From a virus (lineage: Duplodnaviria > Heunggongvirae > Uroviricota > Caudoviricetes), in the IMG/VR virus record IMGVR_UViG_3300033068_000287, positions 85,498 to 122,024 of that record: a stretch of DNA of 36,527 nucleotides; one strand, 5' to 3'. Positions within the stretch are counted from its first letter, which is position 1, and every line of letters begins with the position of its first letter. The notes beneath the pieces were generated by a model that worked only from the letters and a program-made list of their open reading frames with translations, did no database searches and had not been told where the DNA came from. Below are positions 1-9,493 of this stretch, piece by piece. Both the position numbers and the translations under genes were made by a program.

Positions 1-72
1 AAAATCTTAAAAGAAAATACTTACTCTGGACTTACAGCCACGTTAAACTATAACAACTGGAAAAAGATTTAG
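1..72 (+). CDS. C-terminal end of a probable T4-like DNA primase (gp61-like), partial
   Basis: Frame 1 reads KILKENTYSGLTATLNYNNWKKI*, resembling the NTYSGL..L.F..WKK tail of T4-like primases; primase commonly precedes thy/nrd genes. Confidence 0.6.
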   Translation, partial: KILKENTYSGLTATLNYNNWKKI

Positions 73-83
73 GGAGAAATACA

Positions 84-590
84 ATTACAACAATCGCATA
101 TAAGAACGGCATCCTAGCATTTGACGGCAGACTATCCGGCGGGGGTTCTGTAATTTCTGAATCAAATATCAAAGGTATTAAAACAAAAGATTATTTAATA
201 GCAGCAACTGGTAATGCTGGTATGTGTGATGCTTTCTTAGAATGGGGACAGAATGATTTTAAACAATCACTAACTCCAAAATGCGAAAATTCTCTTATTA
301 CTGAAGATGATTTTGTTGGCATTCGTATTGATAAAGACGGTCACATTACAACGTATGATGAAAACTTTTTTCCTATTAACGTAGGTCTTGTGGACTTTTT
401 TGCATCTGGCTCTGGTCAAGATTTAGCAAGAGGCGCAATGGCATACGGAGCAACAGCAAAACAAGCTGTAGAAATTGCATGTAAATATGATTTGTTTTCT
501 GGTGGAAAAATTGGAACTATTACATTCAAAACCGATAAACCTAAAAAGAAAACTCCTGCAAAGAAAAAGAAAGTAGTAGCCAAAACATGA
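84..590 (+). CDS. HslV/proteasome-like Ntn-hydrolase (threonine protease), probable ATT start
   Basis: The 222..590 ORF extends upstream in frame to ATT at 84, with GGGAG 7 nt before it. This gives (M)TTIAYKNGILAFDGR plus a downstream ASGSG..A.GA...A..AV..A...D..SGG motif; Lys-rich tail. Confidence 0.75.
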   Translation: MTTIAYKNGILAFDGRLSGGGSVISESNIKGIKTKDYLIAATGNAGMCDAFLEWGQNDFKQSLTPKCENSLITEDDFVGIRIDKDGHITTYDENFFPINVGLVDFFASGSGQDLARGAMAYGATAKQAVEIACKYDLFSGGKIGTITFKTDKPKKKTPAKKKKVVAKT

Positions 591-769
591 AGGGTATGTT
601 AACATACAATTCCGAATTAGATGAATTGGAATATGTGACCGAAGATTGCACTGTTATAGTGGAACAATCTGACGGTCCTATTTCAATGCTAAGAAAAAAC
701 AATACCGATAAAATTGTCGGATTTAAAATCACTAACTATCTAAAAGAAAAAACAAAATGTACAATGTAA
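587..769 (+). CDS. hypothetical protein (weak DUF2283-like pattern)
   Basis: 60-aa ORF with ATGA coupling to the upstream gene; Y..E.D.L...KIVGFKI pattern. Confidence 0.45.
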   Translation: MKGMLTYNSELDELEYVTEDCTVIVEQSDGPISMLRKNNTDKIVGFKITNYLKEKTKCTM

Positions 770-1596
770 AAATTATTGCCGATTCCATTTATAATGGTTC
801 GCGGCTAACAACGTTTCAATTAATGTACCCGCGCTTTATTCATTCTGAATTCATGACGCATAGAGTATTTTCTAGAAATGCATCAAGTTCTAGAGCAATT
901 CCTGTTTCGAAAATGATTGAACAAGTTCGAACAAATCCAGCTATGCCTATCCATTGGGGCAAAAACCAATCTGGTATGCAAGCAACTGAAGAACTTGATG
1001 CGGATATGAAACAAAAAGTTCAAACTTCCTGGGAAGTTGCAGCAAACAATGCTGCACTATTAGCAGAAACCATGATGGAATGCGGAGCGCATAAACAAGT
1101 TGTAAATCGTATTCTGGAACCATATCAATGGATCAGTGTAGTTTGTACAGCTACCACATATGATAATTTCTTTGCGCTACGCTCTCATGCTGATGCCCAG
1201 CCAGAAATTAAATTGCTTTCTGACATGATGATGGCAGAATACAATTCTTCTGTTCCTAAAGTTCTTGAACGTGGCTGGTACCATTTACCGTATGTTAGTG
1301 ATGAAGAACTAAAGACTTTAGATATTGAAACATTGTGCAAATGTTCTGCTGCTAGATGCGCTAGAGTATCATACTTGACACATGATAATAAAACTCCATC
1401 TATTGAAAAAGATTTGCAATTATTTGATCGTCTTGTTGGTTCTGAACCAATTCATGCGTCTCCTACAGAACACCAATCCCGCGCAGGCTGGGCCTTTGTT
1501 GGTTCTCCTGGCAAGAACGGAAACCTAGATATATCTTGGGGACAACTAAGATGCTTTATCGACAAAAAAGAAGAAGACTTATTCTTTGTTGAATAA
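757..1596 (+). CDS. thyX: FAD-dependent thymidylate synthase ThyX (Thy1)
   Basis: RFIHSEFMTHRVFSRNASSSRAIP signature; HKQVVNRILEPY; SAARCARVSY; HASPTEHQ. Confidence 0.9.
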   Translation: MYNVKIIADSIYNGSRLTTFQLMYPRFIHSEFMTHRVFSRNASSSRAIPVSKMIEQVRTNPAMPIHWGKNQSGMQATEELDADMKQKVQTSWEVAANNAALLAETMMECGAHKQVVNRILEPYQWISVVCTATTYDNFFALRSHADAQPEIKLLSDMMMAEYNSSVPKVLERGWYHLPYVSDEELKTLDIETLCKCSAARCARVSYLTHDNKTPSIEKDLQLFDRLVGSEPIHASPTEHQSRAGWAFVGSPGKNGNLDISWGQLRCFIDKKEEDLFFVE

Positions 1597-1600
1597 CCTA

Positions 1601-1608
1601 TCTAAATA
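1601..1608 (+). promoter_or_regulatory. possible T4-type late promoter variant (TCTAAATA) upstream of nrdA
   Basis: One mismatch to TATAAATA, in the thyX-nrdA intergenic gap. Confidence 0.3.
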
Positions 1609-1657
1609 AAATCACAACATTATAAAAATCTTAATACAAGAAAGAATACCCGCTAAT

Positions 1658-3979
1658 ATGACTGCGCAACAATCCTCTATTCAAATTACTAAGAAAAACG
1701 GACAAAAAGAAAATCTAGATATTGAAAAGTTACATAAAGTTGTTTCTTATGCTTGTGATGGTATTAATGGTGTTTCTGCGTCTGAAGTAGAACTAAAATC
1801 ACAAATTCAATTCTTTAACAATATGAAATCTTCAGAAATTCAAGAGACGCTTATCAAAGCTGCTGCTGATTTAATTTCTGAAGAATCTCCCAACTATCAA
1901 TACGTTGCCGGTAGATTGATTAATTATCAGTTGCGCAAAGACGTATATAACAAATATAAACCAGACACATTGTACAATCATATTGTTAAAGTTTCTGGTG
2001 AAGGATATTATACCAAAGAATTGTTGGACTGGTATACTATTGAAGAAATTTCAACACTTGATAAATTTATTGACCATGATCGTGATGAATCTTTAACATA
2101 CGCCGCTATGGAACAATTCCGTGGCAAATATCTAGTAAAGAATCGCGTTAGTGGTCAAATCTATGAAACACCACAAATGGCGTATATGCTTATTGCTATG
2201 ACGCTATTTAATGCATATTCTAAAGAAACACGAATCAAATGGATTAAAGATTATTATGATGCAATTTCACAACATGTAATTTCTTTACCTACTCCTATCA
2301 TGGCCGGTGTTAGAACACCACAGAAGCAATTTAGTTCTTGCGTTCTAATTGAATCTGATGATTCTTTAGATTCTATCAATGCTACAGCGTCTGCTATCGT
2401 AAAATATGTATCACAGAAAGCTGGCATTGGTGTTAACGCTGGTCGTATTCGTGGCAAAGGATCGTCAATTCGTAAAGGTGACGCATTTCATACTGGACTT
2501 ATTCCGTTCCTTAAATATTTTCATGCTGCTACTAAATCTTGTTCTCAAGGTGGCGTCCGCGGCGGTGCAGCTACAATCTATTATCCTATCTGGCATATTG
2601 AATTTGAAGATTTAGTCGTACTAAAGAATAATAAAGGCACAGAAGAAACCAGAATTCGTCATATGGATTATGGTGTTCAGATCAGTAAACTATTCTATGA
2701 GCGTTTAATCGCTGGTGGCGATATTACTTTGTTCTGTCCTAATGATGTTCCTGAATTGTATACAGCGTTCTTTAATGACCAAGATAAATTTAAAGAATTG
2801 TATGAAATTGCAGAGCGTAAAACTTCTATTCGTAAGAAAAAAGTTAAAGCTATTGATTTGTTTTCTTCATTGATGCAAGAGCGCAAAAATACAGGACGTA
2901 TCTATATTCAAAACGTTGATAACGTTAATAGTCATGGTTCGTTTGATGAAAAACTATTCCCTATCAAACAATCTAACCTATGTGCAGAAATTGCATTACC
3001 AACTGTACCAATGGGAACAGAAGATGCACGAATTGCTTTGTGTACATTATCTGCAATCAATTGGGGCAAGATTGATGCTCCTGAAGACTTTAAACGTCCT
3101 TGTGAATTAGTTATTCGTGGTCTAGATGCTTTGCTCGATTATCAATTATATCCTGTAGAAGCCGCAGAATTACATACTAAAGAATGGCGTCCATTGGGTG
3201 TTGGTATTACAAACCTTGCGTATTGGTTGGCCAAGAATGGTCTTACATACGAAGGGTCTGAAGAAACATTCCAAGCTATTGATGAATTCACAGAAGCATG
3301 GTCATACTATTTAATTAAAGCAAGCTGTGATCTAGCAAAAGAAAAAGGTGCTTGTGGTAATAGCCAACATACAAAATATGGTCAAGGCATTCTGCCTATC
3401 GATACATATAAGAAAGATGTTGATGGTATTGTAATTCGCAAGTTCGAAATGAATTGGGAAGAATTGCGTAAAGATTTGAAACAGTATGGTATCAGAAACG
3501 CTACAGTTATGGCATTGATGCCTTGTGAAACATCTTCACAAATTTCAAATTCGACTAATGGTATTGAACCGCCGCGAGGATATTCTCCTAAGAAAGGTTC
3601 TAAAGATGGTACATTGCCACAAATCCTTCCTGGATTCCCTAGATTGAAAAACAAATATCAATTGCTATGGGATATTAAATCTCCTGAAGGGTATTTGAAA
3701 ATTTGTGCCATTATTCAAAAATATGTAGATCAAGCTATTTCAGTTAATACGTCATATAATCCTGAACAGTTTGATAATAGAGAAATTCCTATGTCCACTC
3801 TATTAAAACATTTGTTACTACATTATAAATGGGGCGGGAAAACACTATACTACTGCAACACATATGACGGACAAGGCGAAATTGACTTGACAAAATCAAC
3901 TAAATCTGATAGTGTTGTAGAATACAATACAAGTAATGATACTGATGATGGCTGCGAAAGCGGCGCATGTAAACTTTAA
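1658..3979 (+). CDS. nrdA: ribonucleotide reductase class Ia alpha subunit
   Basis: N-terminal ATP cone (ITKKNG.KE.LDIEKLHKV), QFSSCVLI, SNLCAEI, MPCETSSQ, C-terminal GCESGACKL; 773 aa, uninterrupted. Confidence 0.97.
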   Translation: MTAQQSSIQITKKNGQKENLDIEKLHKVVSYACDGINGVSASEVELKSQIQFFNNMKSSEIQETLIKAAADLISEESPNYQYVAGRLINYQLRKDVYNKYKPDTLYNHIVKVSGEGYYTKELLDWYTIEEISTLDKFIDHDRDESLTYAAMEQFRGKYLVKNRVSGQIYETPQMAYMLIAMTLFNAYSKETRIKWIKDYYDAISQHVISLPTPIMAGVRTPQKQFSSCVLIESDDSLDSINATASAIVKYVSQKAGIGVNAGRIRGKGSSIRKGDAFHTGLIPFLKYFHAATKSCSQGGVRGGAATIYYPIWHIEFEDLVVLKNNKGTEETRIRHMDYGVQISKLFYERLIAGGDITLFCPNDVPELYTAFFNDQDKFKELYEIAERKTSIRKKKVKAIDLFSSLMQERKNTGRIYIQNVDNVNSHGSFDEKLFPIKQSNLCAEIALPTVPMGTEDARIALCTLSAINWGKIDAPEDFKRPCELVIRGLDALLDYQLYPVEAAELHTKEWRPLGVGITNLAYWLAKNGLTYEGSEETFQAIDEFTEAWSYYLIKASCDLAKEKGACGNSQHTKYGQGILPIDTYKKDVDGIVIRKFEMNWEELRKDLKQYGIRNATVMALMPCETSSQISNSTNGIEPPRGYSPKKGSKDGTLPQILPGFPRLKNKYQLLWDIKSPEGYLKICAIIQKYVDQAISVNTSYNPEQFDNREIPMSTLLKHLLLHYKWGGKTLYYCNTYDGQGEIDLTKSTKSDSVVEYNTSNDTDDGCESGACKL

Positions 3980-3996
3980 TATGAAAGGAAACTAAA

Positions 3997-4302
3997 ATGT
4001 TTTTTAAAAAGAAAAAAACTGTGTCTATTATTCTAGAAAATCATCCAAATGGTTTGGCGGACGTAACTCTAGAAGAACTACGAATTAAGCACATTCTACT
4101 TACCGCGGAAAACCTACGTTATAAAATTCAAATCCGTCAATTGAATGACTGCATTGTTCGCAAAAATCATTCAATCGCAAACATGAAGAAAGTTCTTTCT
4201 GAACTACGTCCAAAGAAAGAAAAAGCTGCTCCTGTTGCTTCAGTAGGTAAAGCGCCAGCGAAACTAACTTCTACAACAACAAAACCTAAAAAAGTAAAAT
4301 AA
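3997..4302 (+). CDS. hypothetical protein, coiled-coil with Lys-rich tail
   Basis: 101-aa ORF with GAAAGGA RBS; TAATG-coupled to nrdB. Confidence 0.6.
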   Translation: MFFKKKKTVSIILENHPNGLADVTLEELRIKHILLTAENLRYKIQIRQLNDCIVRKNHSIANMKKVLSELRPKKEKAAPVASVGKAPAKLTSTTTKPKKVK

Positions 4303-5396
4303 TGACTGTATTTGACGCTACAAAAACTGAATACGACTTAAATTCCAAAATGTTTCTTGATGATGGGGTTAATATTTCCCGTTATGACCAAATGAAATAT
4401 AAACAGTTTGATCTATTATCAGAGAAACAACTTGGATTTTTTTGGCGTCCGGCTGAAGTTGATGTTTCAAAAGATTCAAAAGATTTTCGTGATCTTTCGT
4501 CTCATGAACAACACATTTTCACCAGTAATTTAAAGCGTCAAATTTTATTGGATTCTGTTCAGGGACGTGCGCCTTTGATTATGCTTCCTATTGTTTCTAT
4601 TCCAGAATTAGAATCATGGATTGTTAACTGGACGTTCTCTGAACAGATTCACTCTAGATCATATACACACATTATCCGTAACGTGTATTCGAATCCATCT
4701 TTAGTGTTTGATGAAATTCTTAAGCTAGAGCCTATCGTGGATTGTGCTAAAGATATCTCAAAATATTATGATGATTTGAATGGTTTGATTATTCAGTATC
4801 AGCAAGGGCTATTTTCTGATTATAATCATTTGTATAATCTGAAGAAAGCATTATGGCTTTGCTTGCACTCTATCAACGCTTTAGAAGGTGTTAGATTCTA
4901 TGTTTCATTTGCTTGTTCTTGGGCGTTTGCTGAACTTAAGAAAATGGAAGGCAATGCAAAGATCATTAAATTGATTTGCCGTGATGAAAATCTACACTTG
5001 GCCGGGACGCAACAGCTATTGCGTTTATTGCCGCAAGATGATCCAGACTTTGCTAAAATCAAAGAAGAAACTAAAAAAGAATGCGAACAATTATTTCTTG
5101 ACGTTGTAGAACAAGAAAAACAATGGGCAGATTATCTTTTTAAAGACGGTTCAATGATCGGTCTAAATGCAGACATTTTAAAACAATACGTTGAATGGAT
5201 TGCACATAAGCGCATGAGAGCCGCAGATTTAGATAGTCCATTTAAAGGTGGTTCAAATCCACTACCATGGACAGTAAAATGGATTGCTGGCGCTGATGTT
5301 CAAGTTGCGCCACAAGAAACAGAAATTACTTCATACACAACAGGTGATATCAAACAAGATATTACTGAAGATTCATTTAAAGATTTTTCGCTATAA
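4302..5396 (+). CDS. nrdB: ribonucleotide reductase class Ia beta subunit
   Basis: FFWRPAEVD, LLDSVQGR, SEQIHSRSYTHI (radical Tyr), LEGVRFYVSF, RDENLH, APQETEITSY. Confidence 0.97.
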   Translation: MTVFDATKTEYDLNSKMFLDDGVNISRYDQMKYKQFDLLSEKQLGFFWRPAEVDVSKDSKDFRDLSSHEQHIFTSNLKRQILLDSVQGRAPLIMLPIVSIPELESWIVNWTFSEQIHSRSYTHIIRNVYSNPSLVFDEILKLEPIVDCAKDISKYYDDLNGLIIQYQQGLFSDYNHLYNLKKALWLCLHSINALEGVRFYVSFACSWAFAELKKMEGNAKIIKLICRDENLHLAGTQQLLRLLPQDDPDFAKIKEETKKECEQLFLDVVEQEKQWADYLFKDGSMIGLNADILKQYVEWIAHKRMRAADLDSPFKGGSNPLPWTVKWIAGADVQVAPQETEITSYTTGDIKQDITEDSFKDFSL

Positions 5397-5405
5397 GGAG
5401 CAAAA

Positions 5406-5636
5406 ATGACAACAGACGATTTACAAGCAGACTTGGCAAAAGTCACTTCACTATTAAAAACAGCAGAAACATTGCACGATAATGGTATGCACAATGAAGC
5501 AAATCAAACGTTGATTGTATCGCAAGAGATTTTGCGCCGTACAGTATCAATGCCTAAAAAAGAATTATTGACAGAAGTATCAGATTGTTCAGACCCAGAA
5601 GTTTCATGCTGTGGCGGAAATTGTCACGGTAAATAA
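5406..5636 (+). CDS. hypothetical protein with Cys/His-rich C-terminus
   Basis: TAAGGAG RBS; ends CSDPEVSCCGGNCHGK. Confidence 0.6.
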   Translation: MTTDDLQADLAKVTSLLKTAETLHDNGMHNEANQTLIVSQEILRRTVSMPKKELLTEVSDCSDPEVSCCGGNCHGK

Positions 5637-5642
5637 CAGATC

Positions 5643-6068
5643 ATGCAACAATTTATCAAGAAAATTAAAGATTTTATCTTTGGTGAAGCTGTTGGTATTG
5701 CTTCAGGTAAGTTCTATTGGACAAACACTGAAGGTCAAAAAGTAGCAACAATGACTTGCGTATTCTATATTAATGCAAGAACAGGAGCGCGGTCAGTTAA
5801 AATAATTTCTGGCGAAAATGAAGACAGCAGAAGACACTATAAGTATCATCCTTGTTACCATGAAGTTGTTATTCCGTATCTAGAAAAAACTTCATGGGCT
5901 AATGTTGATAATGAAACAGTTGAACAGATTCTTAGGGAACATTGCTGTGATCCAGTAGCGCAGCAACTTGTTAAGAAACCTTCCGGAAACCCGACTCCAG
6001 ATAAGCCTAAATATAATAAATTAGACACAAATATTATCGAGTTTCCGAAAAGAGATACAAACAAATGA
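5643..6068 (+). CDS. hypothetical protein
   Basis: 141-aa ORF in the operon-like run. Confidence 0.6.
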   Translation: MQQFIKKIKDFIFGEAVGIASGKFYWTNTEGQKVATMTCVFYINARTGARSVKIISGENEDSRRHYKYHPCYHEVVIPYLEKTSWANVDNETVEQILREHCCDPVAQQLVKKPSGNPTPDKPKYNKLDTNIIEFPKRDTNK

Positions 6069-6202
6069 GTAAGCCTAAACTAGTACAATGTCATGATTGT
6101 GAAGCAGAAGTTAAAGTTTCTGACATGTATGGTGACCTAGATGCGTCCGACATTAAACACTGTCCACTATGCGGTTCTGATAATATCGAAGTTTATGAGT
6201 GA
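6065..6202 (+). CDS. small zinc-ribbon protein (45 aa; not in ORF track)
   Basis: MSKPKLVQCHDCEAEV...IKHCPLCGSDNIEVYE: CxxC...CPxCGS; ATGA overlap with the upstream stop. Confidence 0.7.
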   Translation: MSKPKLVQCHDCEAEVKVSDMYGDLDASDIKHCPLCGSDNIEVYE

Positions 6203-6235
6203 TAAATAGAATACACCATTTAAGGAGATATTATA

Positions 6236-6613
6236 ATGACTGAAGACGTTGAAAAAGTGACAAAACCTAAAAAAGAAAAAACTGTTAAAGTTAAAAAAGA
6301 AAAAGAGCCTGTTGCTGTAGAACTTCCTGAAGAAACTGCTACAGAAGAAAAACAGCCGCCAGTAATGATTGCATTGCAGGACCCAGTAGAAACTAAAGCT
6401 AGTAATTCGCCATCGTATAGATTTGAACCTGTTCCCGAAAAAGTAGTAGAAACAGAAAAGCAAGTTGATACTGTTGTAGCAGAAACACCTGTAGAATTGG
6501 TCACCGAACCAGTTGCCGAGCCTGTAGTAGAAACTGTTGCTGAAACAATTAAGCCTAAACCAAAATCAAAACTAACTGATATTATTAGATGGCGCCGTCT
6601 AGGTAGACGATAA
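6236..6613 (+). CDS. hypothetical low-complexity E/K/V/P/T-rich protein
   Basis: TAAGGAG RBS; TAATG-coupled to the next gene. Confidence 0.65.
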   Translation: MTEDVEKVTKPKKEKTVKVKKEKEPVAVELPEETATEEKQPPVMIALQDPVETKASNSPSYRFEPVPEKVVETEKQVDTVVAETPVELVTEPVAEPVVETVAETIKPKPKSKLTDIIRWRRLGRR

Positions 6614-7179
6614 TGACTACGCCTATCGTTTATGCGGGTATTGACTATTCTATGTCATGCCCGTGTATTACAGTATTTTCTGGTGAAGAATTCAAACTTG
6701 AAAATTGTAAAATATATTATTTAACTGATAACAAAAAGTATCAGAAGAAATTCTATGGTGGTATAATTGAGGGACTTCCAATTCCGAAATATACTTCCAA
6801 TGAAGAACGCTTTGATTTTATATCAGCTATATTCATGTACATCATTAATAGTAATGAAGTTACCTCTATCGGCATTGAAAATTATGCTTTTGCCGGTAAA
6901 GGATTAGTATTTAATATTGCAGAAAATACCGGACTGTTAAAACATAAAATATGGAAACTGTACGGTAATCCTGTATCTGTCTATGCCCCTGCACAAGTTA
7001 AAAAAATGGCAACAGGAAAAGGAAACGCTGATAAAAATTCTATGTATCAAGCATTTCTAGATGAAACTAAACTTGACTTAGTTAAAGAACTAGCGTATAC
7101 TAAGTCAACAATTGATTCCCCTATTGGAGATATTGTTGATTCTTACTTTATATGTAAACACCACGTTAACGTTATTTAA
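6613..7179 (+). CDS. RuvC-like Holliday junction resolvase
   Basis: AGIDYS first motif, IGIENY, P..VKK.ATGKGNADK, DIVDSYFI. Confidence 0.85.
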   Translation: MTTPIVYAGIDYSMSCPCITVFSGEEFKLENCKIYYLTDNKKYQKKFYGGIIEGLPIPKYTSNEERFDFISAIFMYIINSNEVTSIGIENYAFAGKGLVFNIAENTGLLKHKIWKLYGNPVSVYAPAQVKKMATGKGNADKNSMYQAFLDETKLDLVKELAYTKSTIDSPIGDIVDSYFICKHHVNVI

Positions 7180-7199
7180 ACACTTAGGAGTTATATTAC

Positions 7200-7421
7200 A
7201 TGCAGACAGAAATTTCCAAACGTTCGGTCGATGGAAAACATGTTGTCTGGAAGTACATGGCAGACCCATGTTTTGTTCCAGATGAAAACGAAGCTAAACT
7301 AGGGAATGATATGTTACCATATGTTTCATTCCGCTGGGTAATGGTAGGAGTCCATGATGAACACAAAGACGCGCAAGCGCAACAAAGAACGTTTACAGCC
7401 AAATACGGCAAGAAAGCGTAA
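7200..7421 (+). CDS. hypothetical protein
   Basis: TTAGGAG RBS; 73 aa. Confidence 0.55.
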   Translation: MQTEISKRSVDGKHVVWKYMADPCFVPDENEAKLGNDMLPYVSFRWVMVGVHDEHKDAQAQQRTFTAKYGKKA

Positions 7422-8040
7422 CCAACAATCTAAACCAAAGGCACCTTTGGGTTTCATTTTAGTCCTCTTAGTAATGGCTATTTTTACAATGCAACCAAAA
7501 GTCTTTGGTTTATTTAATACCAATGATACTTTGAATCCAGCAGAAATCGTATATAATATTGGCAGCATTAAAACGGCAGAGGCCGCAATTCCGAAGACGG
7601 TTTCGGATAAACAAGATGCCCGTAGAAATACACATATTAGATGCTTGGCTAAAAATATCTTCTACGAAGCGCGTGGTACTTCTATGGATGAAAAAATCCG
7701 TGTTGTAAACGTTACACTAAACCGCGCAAAAGATTCTAAATTCCCTAATGACGTTTGTGGTGTAATTATGCAATACAGACAGTTTTCATGGACTTTAGAA
7801 AAACATAAAATGTCGATTCCCGTTGAAAACGCTTATCAGGACAAGCCTGGCGAACTTAAGGAATGGAAATCGGCATTAATCTTAGCCGAAAAAGGTCTAG
7901 ATAATAAATTACCTGATTTAACTGATGGGGCAATGTATTATCATAGAACTAATATGAAGCCAAAGACTTGGGATTTTAGTAAACTTACCAAAGTCGAAAC
8001 TTCAGAATGGCACCACTATTATAAAGATCGTCATAAATAA
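7354..8040 (+). CDS. SleB-like cell wall hydrolase (Hydrolase_2) with N-terminal hydrophobic segment; start uncertain
   Basis: RCLAKNIFYEARG, V.NVTLNR...FPNDVCGVI.Q..QFSW, GAMYYH; GFILVLLVMAIF anchor. Confidence 0.85.
   Translation: MMNTKTRKRNKERLQPNTARKRNQQSKPKAPLGFILVLLVMAIFTMQPKVFGLFNTNDTLNPAEIVYNIGSIKTAEAAIPKTVSDKQDARRNTHIRCLAKNIFYEARGTSMDEKIRVVNVTLNRAKDSKFPNDVCGVIMQYRQFSWTLEKHKMSIPVENAYQDKPGELKEWKSALILAEKGLDNKLPDLTDGAMYYHRTNMKPKTWDFSKLTKVETSEWHHYYKDRHK
8033..8039 (+). promoter_or_regulatory. possible T4-type late promoter ((C)ATAAATA)
   Basis: Directly precedes the ATG at 8044 and a structural-looking cassette ending in PAAR; overlaps a stop codon, so it may be chance. Confidence 0.4.
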
Positions 8041-8043
8041 TAG

Positions 8044-8616
8044 ATGGTTGATAAAGTTGAATGGCAGTCACCTGCCGCAGGGTCATTAGCATCACTAATT
8101 GAATTACAAGAATGGGTTTCTCCTACGCTTGTTGCTACATTCAATGGTGATGCTAGCCTTGTTGATTATATTCTTTGGTCTGGTACTCTGCCAGAAGATT
8201 TACAACTTATAAACGATTCTAATTCTCCTATTAATACTATTAATGGTATTGTTAGGGAAATGGATGATTACGTTCCTGAATATGTGGAACCTCCAGGATT
8301 TACCTATGATAATGATGATACTGCTGGTGGCGATTATGCTACTTATGGTTCTGCCTTAGCAGGATCAAGAACATTTACATTCACAATTAGAGCATATCAT
8401 TCAGGCGATTATGTTGTGGATTCGAACAATATGTTTGATCCTGATTCATATGCCGATAGAACATTCTCTATAACTGTTCTAAATAACTATAGTTCTGACA
8501 GAGACAGATTTGTTGTCCGATACTTTGAAGGTCAGAAATTATTATATGATGGCAACCAAGAACTTGATCCAGAAGAATGGATCATTCAACAAAAACAAGA
8601 TGGCTATTATGATTAA
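8044..8616 (+). CDS. hypothetical, probably virion/baseplate-associated acidic protein
   Basis: Acidic, beta-rich (WSGTLPEDLQL..., RTFTFTIRA, RTFSITVLN); co-transcribed with PAAR. Confidence 0.55.
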   Translation: MVDKVEWQSPAAGSLASLIELQEWVSPTLVATFNGDASLVDYILWSGTLPEDLQLINDSNSPINTINGIVREMDDYVPEYVEPPGFTYDNDDTAGGDYATYGSALAGSRTFTFTIRAYHSGDYVVDSNNMFDPDSYADRTFSITVLNNYSSDRDRFVVRYFEGQKLLYDGNQELDPEEWIIQQKQDGYYD

Positions 8617-9205
8617 GACCTTTAAAGAATTTATTACAGAAGAAAGAGTATCTGGAGTAACTGTATATCACGGTTCTAACACAAGATTCTCTGCATTCTC
8701 ACAAGATAAAGCAAGAATTCTAAATGATTTTTATGGTGGAGGAATCGCATACTTCACAGACGATAAAAAGATTGGCATTCAATATGCTAAAGCTATGTCT
8801 AAGAAATCTGGCGAACCGTTACTGTATGAATGTAAAATTAATTTAAAAAATTGTTTCGATGTTGATTCTAAATTCACTGGTCCAGAACTAGCTAAACTTG
8901 TAAAGAAAATTGGTACCGAACAGTTTGCTAGGCAAGCTGGTCTTTTAAATTATGGTTCAGACAAATATAAAATTCTTGCACAGCTTGAAAAGGGAACCAT
9001 TGAAATCAATGGCGATAAAGTGTTTAAAGGATTAACAGGAACTATTAGCACAGCGAAAGGTAGAGAGATTCTAAAAGATTTAGGATTTGATGGTCTGCGC
9101 TATAATGGTGGTCTGAATATGAAACAAACGGTACAACACAATGTATATTTACCGTATTATGCTGAATCGATTAAAATTGTAAAAAGATTTAAGGTGAACG
9201 TGTAA
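8609..9205 (+). CDS. ADP-ribosyltransferase-fold protein with T4 capsid-targeting-like N-terminus
   Basis: Likely start is ATG 8609: MIKTFKEFITEE. Motifs VYHGS..F..F, FYGGGIAYFT, GFDGL.Y resemble ART/ART-PolyVal domains. Confidence 0.6.
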   Translation: MIKTFKEFITEERVSGVTVYHGSNTRFSAFSQDKARILNDFYGGGIAYFTDDKKIGIQYAKAMSKKSGEPLLYECKINLKNCFDVDSKFTGPELAKLVKKIGTEQFARQAGLLNYGSDKYKILAQLEKGTIEINGDKVFKGLTGTISTAKGREILKDLGFDGLRYNGGLNMKQTVQHNVYLPYYAESIKIVKRFKVNV

Positions 9206-9492
9206 TGCCTTCAGTTTGTAGATTAGGCGATAGATGTTCTGGACATGCATGTTGGCCACCAAGACCAAACGACCAAGCATCTTCTGATGTTTTCGCTAAT
9301 GGTATAGGAACACACAGACAAGGCGACCATTGGGCTGTACATTGCTGTGGTTCAGAATGTCATGATTCGTTTCTTGCAAGAGGTAGTAAATCTGTATTCG
9401 TTAATGGAAAACAGTTAGCACGAATTGCTGACCCTGTTGCTTGTGGGTCTGCTGTAATTGAAGGTTCTTTGAATGTATTCTGTGGTGGATAA
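9205..9492 (+). CDS. PAAR spike-tip protein (T4 gp5.4-like)
   Basis: RLGD.CSGH.CWPP, ...HCC...CH..LARGS.SVFVNGK.LARIADPVACGS....GS.NVF. Confidence 0.92.
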   Translation: MPSVCRLGDRCSGHACWPPRPNDQASSDVFANGIGTHRQGDHWAVHCCGSECHDSFLARGSKSVFVNGKQLARIADPVACGSAVIEGSLNVFCGG

Positions 9493-9493
9493 T

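Noticed and set aside
1658-5396. Possible introns, inteins or homing endonucleases in nrdA/nrdB, which are common in T4-like phages
   Set aside because: Both ORFs are continuous, of normal length, with all motifs present
6236-6613. Apparent repeats in the E/K/V/P-rich protein
   Set aside because: Low-complexity composition without a clear periodic DNA repeat
8510-8608. Track start 8510 for the ART-like ORF (likewise track starts 14230, 15967, 24230, 25994, 33547)
   Set aside because: These starts overlap upstream genes or a terminator extensively; downstream ATGs give coupled starts and family-typical N-termini
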